Source: Caecitellus pseudoparvulus (Eukaryota; Protista; Bigyra: Bicosoecida). Taken from it: a DNA stretch of 64,000 nucleotides. The position numbers were made by a program, and so were the translations under genes. The stretch covers positions 1 to 64,000 of the forward strand of contig CBFFRQ010000034.1 of assembly GCA_965644315.1 (NCBI GenBank), given 5' to 3'. The notes beneath the pieces are model-generated. The model was not told the origin of the DNA, did not search any database, and saw nothing but the letters and a program-made list of their open reading frames with translations. How positions within the stretch are numbered: the first letter of the stretch is position 1; each line of letters opens with the position of its first letter. This document shows positions 21,304-36,300 of this stretch, one piece after another.

Positions 21304-24300
21304 ATGCTTTACTTCTTGCTGCTGGCAGCGTCAGCGCTTGCCTCGGACAACAATGAGATGTTTCAATTCCGGAACTTCAAGCGAGCTGCGCCTCACTTGT
21401 GCCCGGACGGCTGGATCGCGTCAGAGTGGTCTCCACGCTGTTTTCGGTAAGTTTCTTGTCCGCCTGCGGAGGGCGTGGAGCCAAGGCCAGACGAGCAGTC
21501 GCTCCGCAGATTCCAAAGCGACTTCCACACCCCTCTCTGTCCTTCGCAGGCTCTTCACGCAGTCCAAGGACTTCCAGCACGCCGAGGCCCTGTGCCGGGA
21601 GCACCAGAGCCACCTTGCATCCTTCTCGTCAGGCGATGGCACGGACGAGTTTGACTCCCTACTGCCCTACCTGCCCGTGCTCAGCGGGGCAACATCCGCC
21701 TGGATCGGGGCCAGGGATACTTCGGACAACAATGCGTTTGAGTTCACGGACAAGTCTGGCGTGTTGGCGCTCGGGTCCTTCACTTCACCCCCGAGCTCTA
21801 GCAACTCTGTGCGTCCTGCCTTCAACTCTCCGCCTTCACGTCGACTCGCCCCTCTCACTGAACATGCCACCTTCGTTACAGGAGCTTTGTGTGGTCTTGC
21901 AAACGGATCCCATCAGTATCTCGGAGTACGACTGTGCGGATGAGGCGTTTCCCCTGTGCAGTCGGCCAGTGGAGTACCCGATCGCACGCGACACGGGGCA
22001 GTGCCCCACTAGGGACTGGGTGCAGCTGCCGTGGGAACCTGACACGTGCTACTGGTGCGTCTGTCTCACCCTCCGCGAGCTTGGGGCTCCAGTACTCAGT
22101 TCCCTTCTTTCCTTGGCCTTCGCAGGTTCAATCCGGTGGTTCGGGCGGTGCTTGAACACGAACAGATGTGCACTGCTGCGGTCAGCTTCATGTCCCCTCT
22201 GACTGGGTATGCCCAGGCTCGCAGCTTGCGGGGGCAAGTGACAGGGCTGCACCAGCCCGGGAATGTGTACCTGGGTGGGAATGATGAGGCTGCCGAGAAT
22301 GACTTTGCCTTCCTTCCGCGGAGGGTATCTGCCCAAGTGGCCGAGGACTTGATGCAGCCCTCAGGCCAAGACCCTGTACGTGACCTGTGTGCCGCCTTCG
22401 AGCGTTGTACAAAGCTCTTCTGTTTTGCATTCATTGTGCTTGGCGATTAAGCACACTTGCCGAGCTTCCCCTCGCAGGCCCTAAACAACCACCTCGCCTT
22501 CGTGCCCAGCGACACCCCTTCTCTGGAACCCTTCCCCATCGTGAACACACTTCACAAGGATAAGGACCTCGCCCCTGGGATCTGCGCAAGGGGAGCGCAT
22601 CGGCCTCCTGGCTCGGGTATGCCCCCAGCGCTGTTTCAGGGCGTTGTCTGCCCGAGCGGCTGGGCGGCATCGCCCTTCAGCCCGTCATGCTTCAGGTAGG
22701 TGCTGCACGGCAGTGGCACCAGCAAGTCTAAGCAGGCTACTGCGCAGCGCAAACCACCATACATGGCCCTCTGCTTGTCACAGGCGAAGCGACAGCCCAG
22801 TATCTTCAGGCAGCATTGCGAGTGCGTGCATATTAGGGGGAACCAAGGGCATCCCAGCCACGCCCTCATCGCCACAAGAGGCCGACCTTCTTGCTGGCTT
22901 GTGCGGTATTGGAAGTGGAAGCGATTTCAAATCGGAGTGCTATGTCGGTATTTTGCCCACTGCCACCAATGCTGGGGAGGCCTTGCGCTGGGCAGACGAC
23001 TCTGACTCGAACGTGCTGAAGCAGTTGCTTGGCCGTGGAGCTGTTCCTAATGCCAGTTCTGTCTTGACATTCCTGGAAGACACAGTGGCTGGCCTTCCTG
23101 TGCTGCGTACAACAACGCCCTCCTTAAACCTCCACGTCATTTGCGAGGTGCCGCAGCAATGTTACACTTCCCTCGCTCGGCAAACATCAGCTGACTGGGC
23201 AGTGCAAGTGCCCGTAAAGGCTGTACTTCGCATGGACACAAACCAAGTCAACTGGCCCAGCCCACCCCCGGCCACGCAGCTGTATGGCATGCCGCTGACA
23301 GCCATTGATGACTGGGATGGCGATGGCCGCGTAGACTTCCTGGCGACATTCTCCCATGAGTCAGCCGGCATGTACGGGTGGAATCGCGAGACGCAGTCGC
23401 TGTACACTATTGCGTACCTCGAAAACGCACCTGGGGGCTTTCCCAATTTTCCAGATGGGGCAGACGTCACTTTGAGTGACCGTGGCATGCGCAGCACGGC
23501 ACTGGACGCGCCATCAGCCTCTGACATGCGGATAGTTGCTCTTGGTGCAGCTCAGAGCAACACGGCATCCACCACAGCAGCAGGCAGGGTGCTGGAGCTT
23601 GAGTTTACGTCCAACGACCCGACACCATCTATGCTGTCAAACATCACCCACGTTGGACCTACTGTCACTCTGCCCGATAATGCTCGCTTTGGAACCGATG
23701 TCGCAGTTGTTGGCGACCTTGACAAGGATGGCGGGAATTGGGCCGCAGTCGGTGCTCCAGGCCACATATCAACCGGGGCCTTGTTCCTGCATGCCCTGAC
23801 GTTTGGGGGAACGATTGATACGAACCAGCAACAAATTCTGACTGGCTCCATCGGAGGAACCTTGCTTCCCTCCTCAGGCGAATTCGGCCGCAGTGTCGCG
23901 CCACTTGGACTGCTGGATGATGACTTGGTGCCCGACATTGCTGTCGGCGCACTCACGGCCAACGCCCCGCCGTCTGGCGTGCGGCCCAGTGGAGGGGTCG
24001 TGTACATCTTATTCATGCAGAGCTCCGACGCAGTCAAGGCTGTGCGCGTAATTTCTCGCATGAATCTCCCACGTGCCGTGCGCATTTGCGACGGTTCTGA
24101 GGCATTCGGCGCAGCCCTTGCCTTGGCAGGCGATGTCACTGGGGACGGCATTCCCGATCTGCTGGTGGGTGCACCTTCAACCAGCACGGGCGAAAAGGGC
24201 ACTGTCTGGGTGCTGCATCTGACCCGAGACGGTGCTGTCGCGGACGGTGCTGAGCTGGGGCAGCACGCCCACCCAGAGTTGGCGGAGATTTCCGGCACAA

Positions 24301-27300
24301 ACGCCTTCGGTGCACACCTCAGCGTGTTGGGCGACATAGATGGCGATCGGGGACTGGACATTCACGTGGGGGCCCCGTTCTTCCCCAACCCGAACGATGG
24401 CGTGTCGTGGATCATTCGCACGTCCCTGCCGGCACACGGGCACTGCCCACCCTCCATGCTGCTGCTGAGACATCCACCCCCAGCTTGCCGTCCACGGTCA
24501 GCGAAGCTGCCTGCTCGTGTACTGGCTAATGGGAGCCCCCCAGCTCTCACCCCACTGACGAGCGGGAGCTTCGGGCGTGCCCTGGCCATTATCGGTGCTC
24601 TGGACAACACCGGAGACTTGACCCTGGCCGTGGGGGAGCCTTCCAACGGCGCTGGCGAAGGCAAAGTTGTTTTGATAACAAACCCAGGCGCAGTAGGTCC
24701 GACGCTTTCGAATATTGAGTGGCCTGCCGCCCCGCAGCCAGAGGGGTTTCGTGTTGGTGCGTCAGTGGCTGCCGTGGGGGATGCTGACGGGGACGGCGTG
24801 CCTGACATAGCCGTAGGGGCACCAGAAGAATCTGTGCCACCCGGCGGCTCCCACATCACAGGAAGCATCCGTGTCATTGCACTCACCCCTACAGGGAGCG
24901 TTCTGCGCTACCTCATGCACGTCACGCATCAATCCCCAAGTTCTCTCGTTTTGGAGGATGGCGGCAAGTTCGGGAGCAGCATTGCTGCTGTCGGGGACAT
25001 CACACAAGATGGCTGCCCGGATTTAGCTGTCGGGGCTCGGGATGAAGACAAGTTCGGCGGGGGAGATGATGTCGGCGGTGTCTGGATCCTCCACGCGGCT
25101 TGCGGGATGGATGAAGTCGTCGATTGGCAACACCTGCGACCAGGCGATCCAGCGGTTCGCCTGGCAGAGCTAGCGATCCCCTCTCTAGCAAGCACAGGAT
25201 TTGGTGCATCTCTCGCGCCCCTCGGAGATCTCGATGTAGATGGAGTGCCCGACTTGGTCGTGGGCTGGCCTGCACACCCAGACTCGTCAGACAACCAAAA
25301 CCAAGGCGCAATTGTGATCATGTTCATGAGGCCAGATGCCACGGTAAAGGTGTTCAAGCTATTGGATCCGGAGGTTGGGACGCCCTACAATGTGCCACCA
25401 GGTGCGCTTTTCTTCGGTTACTCCCTGGCGCTAGTTCCAGGAAAGCACGCCACAGACCTGCCGTCGCTTCTTGTGGGCGCGCCACTGTACGACTCAGAGG
25501 ATGCGGGCGTTGTCCCAGAAGGCGCTGTGTTTTTACTCGCACTGAGCCGAGAAGGATCTTGCACTGACGCAAGGCTACTGGCTGGGTTACAAAAGCCCTT
25601 TTCCACCTTGCTCTTTGGGGTTAACAGTTTTCCCATGGGCATCAGTGTCGCTGTTTCTGCTTGGTCTGACGCTGGAGAGCGCGCCCTAAGCATTGCCGCC
25701 CAAACTGGCCCAGGCGATGGCAAGGTGATTTTTGCCACCAGTGAACTGGGTAATGGCCCAGTACAGTGCCAGCAGGTCAATCGAGGACTGGGCCCAGCGG
25801 CCCCGCTGCCTTGTGTGCCTGGTGCGCCTGGCTGGAGCTCAGTCCCTGTGGAAACAGCTGGCTCTGTGTTGGCAGTCACAGCAGCTATCGAGATCACCAG
25901 CACTCACATGGGCATTACACCCGCAAGCCTCGGGCAAGTTGGCACTGCAGTGACAGTTCTCTCAGCTGGGGCCATCGGCACGTTGCGCATCGCCGTTGGG
26001 GCTCCGTCGGATGGATCAGCAGGCAAAGTGCACATCTTTGACCTCGATCCAGAGGGGGGTGTCGTGCTACCCGCTGTCGCCTCAATCGGTCCTCCGATAT
26101 CTGCCCTGGAGACGAAAGCGTTTGGTGCCGCCCTCGCTTCGCTGGGGAACTGGCGCCAGACGGGCAAGGTCTCTCTGGCTATTGGGGCACCGCAAACCGA
26201 CACATCCCCAACCATTCTCAGCACGGGTCTTGTCGTGATAGTGCATTTTGACGCCAGTGGCTCTCAAGAGGCTTCGTGGGAAATCGGCCCAGGCACTCGA
26301 GGAGTCGCGGAAGCTCTGGCCGAAAACAGCCTCTTCGGTTCAGCCGTGGCAAGTCTCGGTCCGCTTGATGCTGGGGATGCCTATGGCGACTTGGCTGTGT
26401 CGCAGTTGGACACGACTGCAGGGGTGAACGACGGGCGCGTGTGGCTGCTCATGTTGGAGCCCCCAGCGAATGTGAAACGCATGGTGGCCATCGACTTCCA
26501 AACGCCTGGCATGCCCCGCATCTCGGACAACGACAAGTTCGGCGTGTCCCTTGCGACAGTTGGAGACCTTGATGGCTCAGGTATTCCCGCTCTCGCAGTC
26601 GGGTGCGAGGCGCTCTCATCACATGCACTGCCGCTGGGCGCCATTGTGGTGTTAAAACTCACCCGGGGCGGGCGCCTGCGCAGCGCTGTCGTTCTGGGTG
26701 GGCCTCGCCGAGGCTTGGAGCAGCGGGCTGAGTTTGGCGTGCTGGGCGTGGGCCTCTCCGCCGTTGGAGACGTGAATGACGACGGCGTGCCCGACCTGGT
26801 CGCAGCATCCCCCGGCGCGTCAATTGACGGCGTTGTGTCTCTACGGGTGCTGCTGCTCCGCGGCGATGGATCCTCCAACCACAGTGTGGCCATCCCTGTG
26901 CACAGTGAGCCTGTGTCAGCCGCTGCTGGCTCCGCCCTGTCTGGCGACCGAATGGGCACCTCTGTAGCGTTCCTTGGGGAACAGCACCCAGGCGGAGGCG
27001 CGGCGTTCCTGCTAGGTGCGCCTGCTGGGGATACAAGCAATGGCCAAATGGTGTGGGTCGGCACTACACTGCGTGTGGGTGCCTCGTGGGACAACGCGGC
27101 GGTCTGCCCGCACTCATGGAGCCTCATGGCAACAGCCGGGCTTTCCAGCGAGATGAAGCGGCTGTGCCCGCAGCTGAGTAGCAGTCCAATTCCTGTGCGA
27201 GGTCAGTTCTTCGCCTCTACACACGATTCGTTCAGGCACCTCCCTTTCGCTGCCTTGGTGGAGTTTGGACGCACGTGGAGCCCAGTGGGCGATTTCGATG

Positions 27301-30300
27301 GCGATGGCCTGAGCGAGTGGCGGGGGGCAGCGCAGAACTTCGACACGGGGTCGGGACGAGGGGGCATGGTGCAGACCACCCTGCTTCCGAGTGGGAAGCT
27401 AGCTGATGTAGAGGCTATTCAAGGGACAGGCTTGCATTGGGGCGGTGCAAGGGGCAGTGCAGATGACCGCCTTGGCTCTGCAACCGTTGCACTCGGTGAC
27501 TGGTTCCTGGATGGCGGCATGCTGCTGGCGTCAGGCTCCTCTGCCACCGTGGACGGCAGCACTGACGCAGGAGCGGTATACTTCCAGCGCCTCAATGAGG
27601 TGGGCAAGTTGACGGATGTGTGGAACATGACGCTTAACCACCTGCCCGGTCAAAGTCCGTCAGCGGGGGACATGTTTGGCTTCAGCCTTGCGGCTCTTGG
27701 TGACTTGAATGGCGATGGGCACTCTGAGCTGCTCGTCAGCGCCAGCGGTGCCCAAGAGGTGTTCACGGTATTCCTCGATGTGCTCGGGGCGGTCACTGGC
27801 GCGGTGCGCATCGCACAGGGCGTTGGGGGCTTCAACCCCTCACCCCCACTGCCAGATCCTTCGGATTTCGGAGCCAGCATGGCAGGCGTCGGCGACCTGA
27901 ATGCCGATGGCGTTCCGGACGCGATTGTGGGCTCGCAGAAGTACGATCTAATGGCCGTGCTCGGCAGAGGCGAGGCGTGGGTGCTGCATCTGAACACAGC
28001 TGGTGAAGCCCAGGAGGTGGTGCCACTGTCAGGCAAACATGCCACGTTTTCAGGCCAGTTGGCCTCCGGTGTGTATTTCGGCTCAGGCGTCGGACTCGTG
28101 CGTATGCCCCAAGCTGGCACACATGGCGCCATTGTCGCAGTCGCCTGTGCTCGCTGCGACGAAGACGTCGCCCGACGAGGACTGAACACTGCGTTCGGCA
28201 TTCTGTTCCTCCTCACTTTGTCACAGCCCACAGCCACATGGGCGATTGATACGGTGACGAGCGTCACCCACACCGAGCCTGCCGTTCGGACGCTGCCGTG
28301 GAAGCCTATATCTGCATTTGGCGCCCATGTCTCGGGGGCGGGGGACTTGGCCCATGATGGCCGTTTGGCCCTCGTCATTGCAGCACCCGCCTTCTCCAAC
28401 CATGAACCGAAGTCCGGCGCACTGTACGTGTTGGACACCCAGTTCGCCTCTCCGGCCGCTCACAGCGGCGCCACCTGCCCTGCTCCACTCAGCATCCTCC
28501 CCAATGCTGGAGCATCTCTCAAGCTGCAGCGACTCTGCCCCAACCTGCTCCTGGAAGGCCAGGGCAATGTGGAAGGGGTAACGACGCTGAAGCCAGGCGA
28601 CGCCGAGTGGCCCCCCCAGCCCGTGGCGGCTGGAATGCGCTTCGGCATGTCGGCTGCTCCGCTGGGAGACATGGATGGCGACGGGACCATGGAGGTCGCT
28701 GTGGGGTGTCCAGGCTGCATTTCGGGGGAAGGGTATGTGTTTGTGTACAGCGTGCAGCAAGGGGGGCACTTCCGCTTGCGGTCCACTCTGGGCAGCTCCA
28801 AAGGTGGCCTCCCTTTTGGCTTGACCTCATCAGCACCAACACTTGGGTCAGGTGTAGCGGGCATCGGGGATTTGGACAGTGATGGTGCGCCAGACCTTAT
28901 CATTGGGCACCGCGGGTTCACAAGCGGCTCCAACGTCGGGCAGCTTATTCTCTGCTTCATGACTCCTGCTAGCACTGTGTCGTCCCATGTTGAGCTGGGC
29001 GCAGATCATCCGTCGCTTGCCTCGTTTTGGAGTGCCGGGAGGGGACTGGGTACCGGACTGGCCCTCGTCGGGCATGGCATTCCGACATCTGAGCCTGTCA
29101 TCGCCGTGCACTTCTCGCACATGGACCCCACGCAGCATGCGATTGCACTTCTGCAGCTAAAGAAGCGAGGCGGGATTGAACAAGCTCGCCTCATTACGCC
29201 AGGCATGCCTGCCTTTGACGCTGTCAATGCTAGCGCAGTCGCAGACTTCGGGGTTGGCCTCGGCGGTGCGGGGGACCTTGGCGGCCCCGGCAACCTGGCA
29301 TTCTTTGTCGGCGCACCGCAGTCCCCAGCAGGCCCATTTACCTGCGGCAGGGCGTGGCTCGTCGCGGTAGCAAGGTCTGACTTGAGTGTGCAGGGAGTGG
29401 GGGACCTGGCTCCCCACCTGGACCCCCTCCTCGCCCACATGCACGACGGCGCAGACTTTGGTTCTTCCTTCGCGATGCTAGGCACCACGGACATCACCAA
29501 CAACCCCCTTGTGGCAGTGGGCGTGGCCGGCATGCAGTCTAGCTCCGGTGTGCCCCCCTCGCCTGGGGGCGTCCTCCTCCTGGAACTGAACGGGGCGGTG
29601 CAGAGTGTCCAGGTTCTCACTGTCCGCAGCATCAGCCCCTCGTCCACATCCACCTTGGGTGCCCTCGCAGGCACAGCTGGCTTGGGCACGGCACTCGTGG
29701 CACTGGGGCAAGATGGTGGCCAAGGGCACGGAACGCTCCTAATCTCAGCACCGGAGGACTCGCAGACGGGCCCCACTGCTGGCTCCCTGGCCGCGCTGCG
29801 GCTGCCGTACACGACGTCTGCCCACGACACGTGCCCGGAGCCGCTGGCTTCCCTTGGCGATGCGGGCAGTAGCAAGTCCTTGCAGAGCATGTGCCCGCAC
29901 CTGCCCATGCGGTCGAGCCTGTTCAGCCGGTACACGTACTTTGGCAACGAAGCGGGTGCCTTTCCCATCCGCACCCTGGATGCGAATCCCCTGTCCATTG
30001 GCTCTGCACTGCAGGTGATCGGGGACCTCGATGCCGACGGAAACAGCGAGTGGGCCATCGGCGTGCCCAACGCGCAAGACTGGGGGCCTGACTCTGGCGA
30101 GGTGTTCATCATGTTCATGGGCCCGGACGGCGAGCCTCAGAGGTATCGCTCCCTGGGCAGCTGGCTGTCGCAGCTGGTGCTGCCGGATGAGACCAGGTTC
30201 GGAAGCGCCATCGCCCCTCTTGGCCTTGTGAATGATGACAACGTTGCTGACATCGCTGTCTCCGCAACTGGGCTTGAAGGATCTCTTTCTAACGCGCGTG

Positions 30301-33300
30301 CTGGTGGGTTCTTTGTGCTGTTCCTTGACGAACTGGGCAACGTGGTTGGCAACTCGACAGTCACTGATGCCTCACCTAACATGGGCGGCAAGCTCAAGGC
30401 AAACGAGTTCTGGGGTATGTCCTTGTGCTCACTTGGAGACCTAAATGTCGACGGCGTGACGGACGTCATGCTGGGGAGCATCGTTGCGCCATTTACAGAT
30501 GCCACTTTCCCAGGTGCAGTCACGGTCATCCACCTGGATGACGCTGGCCTGCCCGCCCAACCAGTGCAGCAGATGGGCATGTCTGGCTACGACTACAGTG
30601 TCCCCGATGTGCACGATGGGTCTCACTTCGGCATTTCGTGTGCAGGCATTGGGGACTTGAACCGCGACGGCATTCCAGACGCCGCTGTTGGAGCCTGGCA
30701 AGAAGGCCAAGGGCTGTCAGCCGAGGCAGGTGCAGTGTTCCTGCTCATGCTCGGCAGCGATGGGCAGTTGCTCACCAGCTCCATTCTGAACAGCGCAACT
30801 CTTGGGCTGGTATCGCTCGTGGGGTTCGCAGGGGGCCATTTCGGGCACTCTCTAGCCACTTTACGAGGAGGGGACGGGTCAGGGGACTCCGTGCTGCTGG
30901 CAGTGGGGCAGAGTGGCCGCAGTTTCTCCAATCGAGAGAGGGCTGGCACCGTGCTTGTCCTGTCTCTGGACAGATCCGGCGCTGTCGAGTCTGCGACGCC
31001 CGTCATTGAGCCCGAGAAGTGGGGCAGCATTTTCGGCGAGTTGGACGCAAAGGGAGACTTTGGCAGCGCTCTGGCGGCAGGGGGGGACGTCGACGGCGAC
31101 GGCTTCACCGACCTGCTGGTGGGTTCTCGCGGCGTGTTCGATGCAGGGCGGGGCAAGGGCGCGTTCTACCTCATGCATGGCACTGCGCAAGAGGTGTCAG
31201 CGGAGCGGCTGGTGCCTTTGCAGCATCGGTGTCCCGCCCACTTGGCCTTGCTGCCACAGCCGCCTCTGCCGTGCCCTCCACACGTTCCCATTGAGTACGG
31301 CCAGAACGCGTCGGTGCAAGCCGGCATTCCAGTCGCCACAGGCCTGCAAGCTGGCTGGGATGTCGCAACGCTGGGTGACGTGGACGACGACGGCGTGCTG
31401 GACCTGGCAGTGGGCACCCGGCGCAAGTGCATATCTTCGGGAAATTGCGGCTCTATCCTCATCATGTCCATGCAGCCTGGGCCGTCCATGGGCTTCATCT
31501 CGGAGCTCAAAGAAGGGACTCTGGGGTTGCCCCCTCTTACATCGGGTGGCTCTTTTGGACTTTCAGTGACCGCTGTGGGCGACATCAACAGTGACGGCTG
31601 CCCCGACTTCGTGGCAGGTATGGAGGACTCGATGCTGCTGGTGTGGCTGCGTTGCCCAAGTGGCGCGATCTACGACTCTGATGTGTGGCAATCGGCCTCG
31701 CACCCTGCTCTGGCGCCTTTCCACACTCCCTCCAACCTGTTCGGAAATGCTATTGCCACCTCTGCTGCCTCGGAACCTGATACCCATCTGGAGCTGCTGG
31801 TGGGAGCGCAGTATGCTGATGGAGTGGGCGGTACCAGAGTGGGGTCCGTGTACTTGCTGCGCTTGGCCATGCCAGGCGTCTTGCAGAGCGCGATTGTGTT
31901 TAACGACACACTTGGTGAACTTTCCTTCCTGGCAGCGAACGCGAAGTTTGGCATTGAGGTGGCAGTGGTGGGCGACATTGACAACAATGGGCGAGCGGAC
32001 TTTGCAGTCACTGTTGGCGAGTACCCCGACGTAACATCTGTTGGCTCATCCACAGGCGCAATCGTGATCATGATGATGTCACCTGCGGCAACGTTATCAC
32101 ACGCCCGCATTTTGTCTCGCCGAGTGTCCTCGGCGCCAGGTGCGAGGCTCCTAGGGGGGGTAGGCCTGGGGCATTCCCTGGCCCCGCTTGGTGATCTGGA
32201 CGCTGACGGAGTGCCAGACCTGCTGGTTGTGTCTGTTCGCAGCCGCCAAAGTTATGTGGCCTACCTGGACTCTTCGGGGACAGCGAGGGAGGTGAAGGAA
32301 CTGCACGGCCCAGGAGGACAGCCCATTGGTCTTCCGGCGTCCAACATTGGCCGAGGCAGCACACTGCTCGGCAGCCTGGTGCCAGGCGAAGCCCCCTGGC
32401 TGGCCATGGGTGCGTACACACTGGATGGGGCTGCATCAGCACAAGGAAGCGTGTTCTTCGCCCAGCTGCCCGTCGGCAGCTCGTCCCGTTTGCGCAGTCA
32501 ATGCCCACCAACGCTTCGCTCCACCGTAAACGCTCCGCGCCCTTGCCGTCAGTTCCTGTCCACGAGTTTCCGTGTTCTGGACGGCTCTGCTCCAGACTTT
32601 GTACCGGGGACGCTGGATGTCTCCTTTGGCCACACGGCTGTGAGCTTGTCGCACAACGCGAGCTCGGGCTTGGGGCTGTGGGCCATCTCAGAGCCAGGGC
32701 AGGGCAGTGGTGTCGTACACTTGCTGCAGGTGTCGGGGACAGGGGTGGCAGCCAGCGTGCTGGCCCACGTACAGATCGCGTACGGCCCTGGGCATCCCCA
32801 ATGGACTGTCCCGTCTGGCGCCGCCTTTGGCAGGTCTCTCAGCACTGCTGTGGACTGGAGAGGGTCAGGATCTGTGGACTTGCTGGTGGGTATGGCGGGC
32901 GATGGGGCCGCGACGCCAGGCGCAGTTGCCTTCATTCCCATGTACCACGCCGCAATGGCGCCCACTGCGGCACCTTCCGTTTTCTGGGGCGACTCCCCAC
33001 TGTGGGGGTCTCACTCCGCTGCATCCTCTGCTTTCGGAGAGGCGGTGTCAGACACTGAGCAAGCTGCCGGCGGACCGGGCATGTCATTCTTGGTGGGCTT
33101 GCCCCAGCACCGCACGCTGACTCGGAACGGAGAGGGGGCGGTGTGTCTTGGTACGCTTAGTTTTTCCTTCTCCTTGCATTCAACAGTGTGCTGGGACGCC
33201 CTTCACGAATTTCTCAAACCTGCCTTGTTTCCTGGGTCTGGCTTCGGCTCCAGCATTGCTCTCCTGCACGGGTGGGGCCAGCTGAGCGGCAACATGGCCA

Positions 33301-36300
33301 TTGCTGTGGGGGCGCCGGGAGCTGCCACTGAGGAGCATGGCCTTGCAACGGGGGCTGTCATCATCATGGCTGTGAACACGCTGAAGACGCTCGTCGGTGT
33401 GCGCGTGATTGACGGCCAGCACCCGTCCCTTGCAGGGCGCATCAGCGGCATAGCGGGGCGTTTCGGCACCTCCCTCGCCCGCATCCCACCTGACGGGGCA
33501 GCCATCGGGTCGCTCTTGGTGGGGCAGCCTGGTGCGCAGGCCTCGGCGGGTTCACCCCCTGGTGCCGTGTGGTCTCTCAGCGTTTCTGATTATCTGCACG
33601 TGACGGAAGCGGCGGTCATTGACGCAGTGCGAGGGCGGGGGATTGACACGGGCTCAGCCAGTGACACGATCGGCAGCTCGCTCGGGGCGAGTGTATTGCC
33701 GGGTGGCACGCTGCACGTGTGGACGGGGCTGGCGTTCAAGCGCGGAATGTTCGTGAGCGTGACGGCGCTGCCTCTGCCCTCGGCAACGCCCTCCGCATCT
33801 GGCACGACCAGCCCCACCCCCAGTGGGTCGCCGACGCCATCGGGGTCCCCCTCCAACTCACCTTCGTCGTCAGCCACTGCAAGTACGTCACCCACCTCCA
33901 CAGTGACTTCGACACCCACGCCCACGCCGAGCCACTCGCCCTCAGGAACCACATCTACCACCGCCTCGCCCTCCCCCACCGGCACTGGAACGCCCACAGC
34001 CTCGACTACCGGCACGTCCACACCAGCTTCCACTCCCAGCTCAACAGGGACGCCCGCTCCCACACCCAGTGTCAGCCCCACGCCCAGTGCAACACAGACG
34101 CCGTTGCCGCGCGGCCTGGTCGTGGAAGGGCAGACGTGCGACGCCCTGTGGTGGAGCACGTGCGAGCAAGTGCCAGTGGCGCCCAGCAAGTCGTTGCTGC
34201 GGCCGCTGCCCGGCGTTTGGTGCCCTGACTGCGCTTCGGCAGTGGACATGCTGAACAGCAGCAGTGCAGGGGATGTCGTCATGCCCTGCCCGCGGTATGG
34301 CTCGTGTGAGGCGGGCGGACAGCGGGGCCTGCAGCTGCGGTGCGCACCCGGACATTCAGGCCCCCTCTGTGCTTCATGTGCCGCAGGGTTCGCGCCGACA
34401 ACAGGCTCGCCCTGCACTGCATGCGAGGCATGTGACGCCAACGCGGACTCGCTCCGCACTTTGCTGCTGATTGGCGGGCTCTGCACCGTGCTCATGGTGG
34501 CAGCGCTGTCCCTCAAGGCAGTCAGTGCGCGCGGCAGCATGGAGCAGGATTTACTGGTGGGCGCAGCGCGTATCTTGGTCGGCTATGTCGGCATGATGGG
34601 GTATGTGGTCGTTGCGCTGCAGCCGTTCACAGAGGGGGGCCTCTCCCTCACTGGTCGCGCGGTGGATGTGCCTGCTTGGCACGAGGCCTGCCAGCGAGAC
34701 CTCGAGACGCACCGCGCGGAAGTGGAGCCCCACGTGACTCGAGCCATGGGCAACGCCTCGGCGCTTGGCGAGGGCGTCTGGTTCAGCGACAGGCCCGCCT
34801 ATCACGGTGCACGTGAGTCAGGCTCCACTGACTCGTTCCTGACGACGGTGTTCCAGACCGGCGGCGCCGTCACTGGCGCCCTGCCCATCTCCGTCTTTTC
34901 CTCCGCTGCCTGCTCGCTGGGGCATGCAACCATCGCGCAGCAGTTCCTCGCCACCCTCGTCGTCAGCATCGTGCTGTTCGTGCTGACACTTGCCATGGCA
35001 GTGACAGTGGGCACGCTGACGGCAGCTGCCCAGCGCCTGGCGCAACGGAGTGCCGCAGCGCCTTCCACGGCGCCACCCTCCCCCCGAGACAAGGACACGC
35101 TTCCCCTCGTGCAGTCCGCGAACCCTATGTTGACTCGGTCGCCACGGTCGACGCCAGGCCAGGCAAAGGAAGTCACGTCGAACCCCGCCAAAGGCTCAAA
35201 GGGCAAGCAGAAAGACGAGGAGGGTGCGACGCCATGCGCAGTGGTCGCGCTGTGGGTGGCATGTCGCACGCTGTGGTCGTTGTACCTCCTCCTCTGGGGC
35301 TCCGCTGTCGGCGCTTCCCTGCAACTTCTCTCTCCAGCCTGGTCTGTGCGCGGGGGACACTACCTCCCCTCCACCTCCCTGACAGTGGACCCGCACACCT
35401 CCGGCCTCTGGGGCCTCGCCCTCGCCTGCCTCATCTTGCACGCGGCAGCCTTCCCCATCATCGTCACGCTGACGCTGCGTCTGGAGGCGGCACACCTGCT
35501 GGACAAAAGGCACCACGCCAGCGTCACGTACGCAGTCATGACAGGCGGCTACCGCCTGCAGCTGACGCCAGCTCAGGCTGGTCGCGCTGCGCGCACACTG
35601 GCAGCAGGCAAGGCAGGCGCAAGCGCTGAAGAAAACCACGCCGCGACAGCGCTGGCCGTGTCGCTGTCAGTGCGCATGAGTCGTGAGATGGAGCAGCGGT
35701 GCTGTGGTCTGGCGCGTTTCGTGCCCAGCCACGCCTTTGCGCTGGTGCGCATGGTGCAGAACGCCGTCCTGCTGTGTGCGTTGTGGTTGACGACCGATTT
35801 TCTGACTCGGGTCGGGGTCATGGTGGGCGCACTGGCGCTGGTGGTGCTGCTCACGTACTCCCTGCAGCCGTACACGCTGCCTGAGCTGAACAACAAGGAC
35901 ATGCAGGTGACGGGGACAGTCATGGTGCACCTGATCTTGCGGGCGGTGTGGCCTGCAGAGCCGGGCGTGGGCATTTTCCTCATCATTCTGCACGCATGCA
36001 CGGTGCTGGTGCTGGCATGGGCGGTGCTGCGGGGCGCCTTCAAGACTGCCCGCACCATCGGCAGTGCGGTCCGTAATACGCTGGCTGGCCTCCTGCCCGA
36101 CCTGCGCCGCTCCTCCGAGGACGCAGGTGCGGGGGGCATGCCGTCCGTTGCGGAAATTGGCGCAGCCCTCCTCTCACGCATGGGCGTGCAGGCCTGCAAG
36201 CGCGCACAGACGGCGCCCACCAACACCCTCAGCGGCGCCCAGCGATGGGCATCCCTGGTTTCCACGTCAGTTGCCAAGGCCAGGCGAGGTGCCAGTGCCA

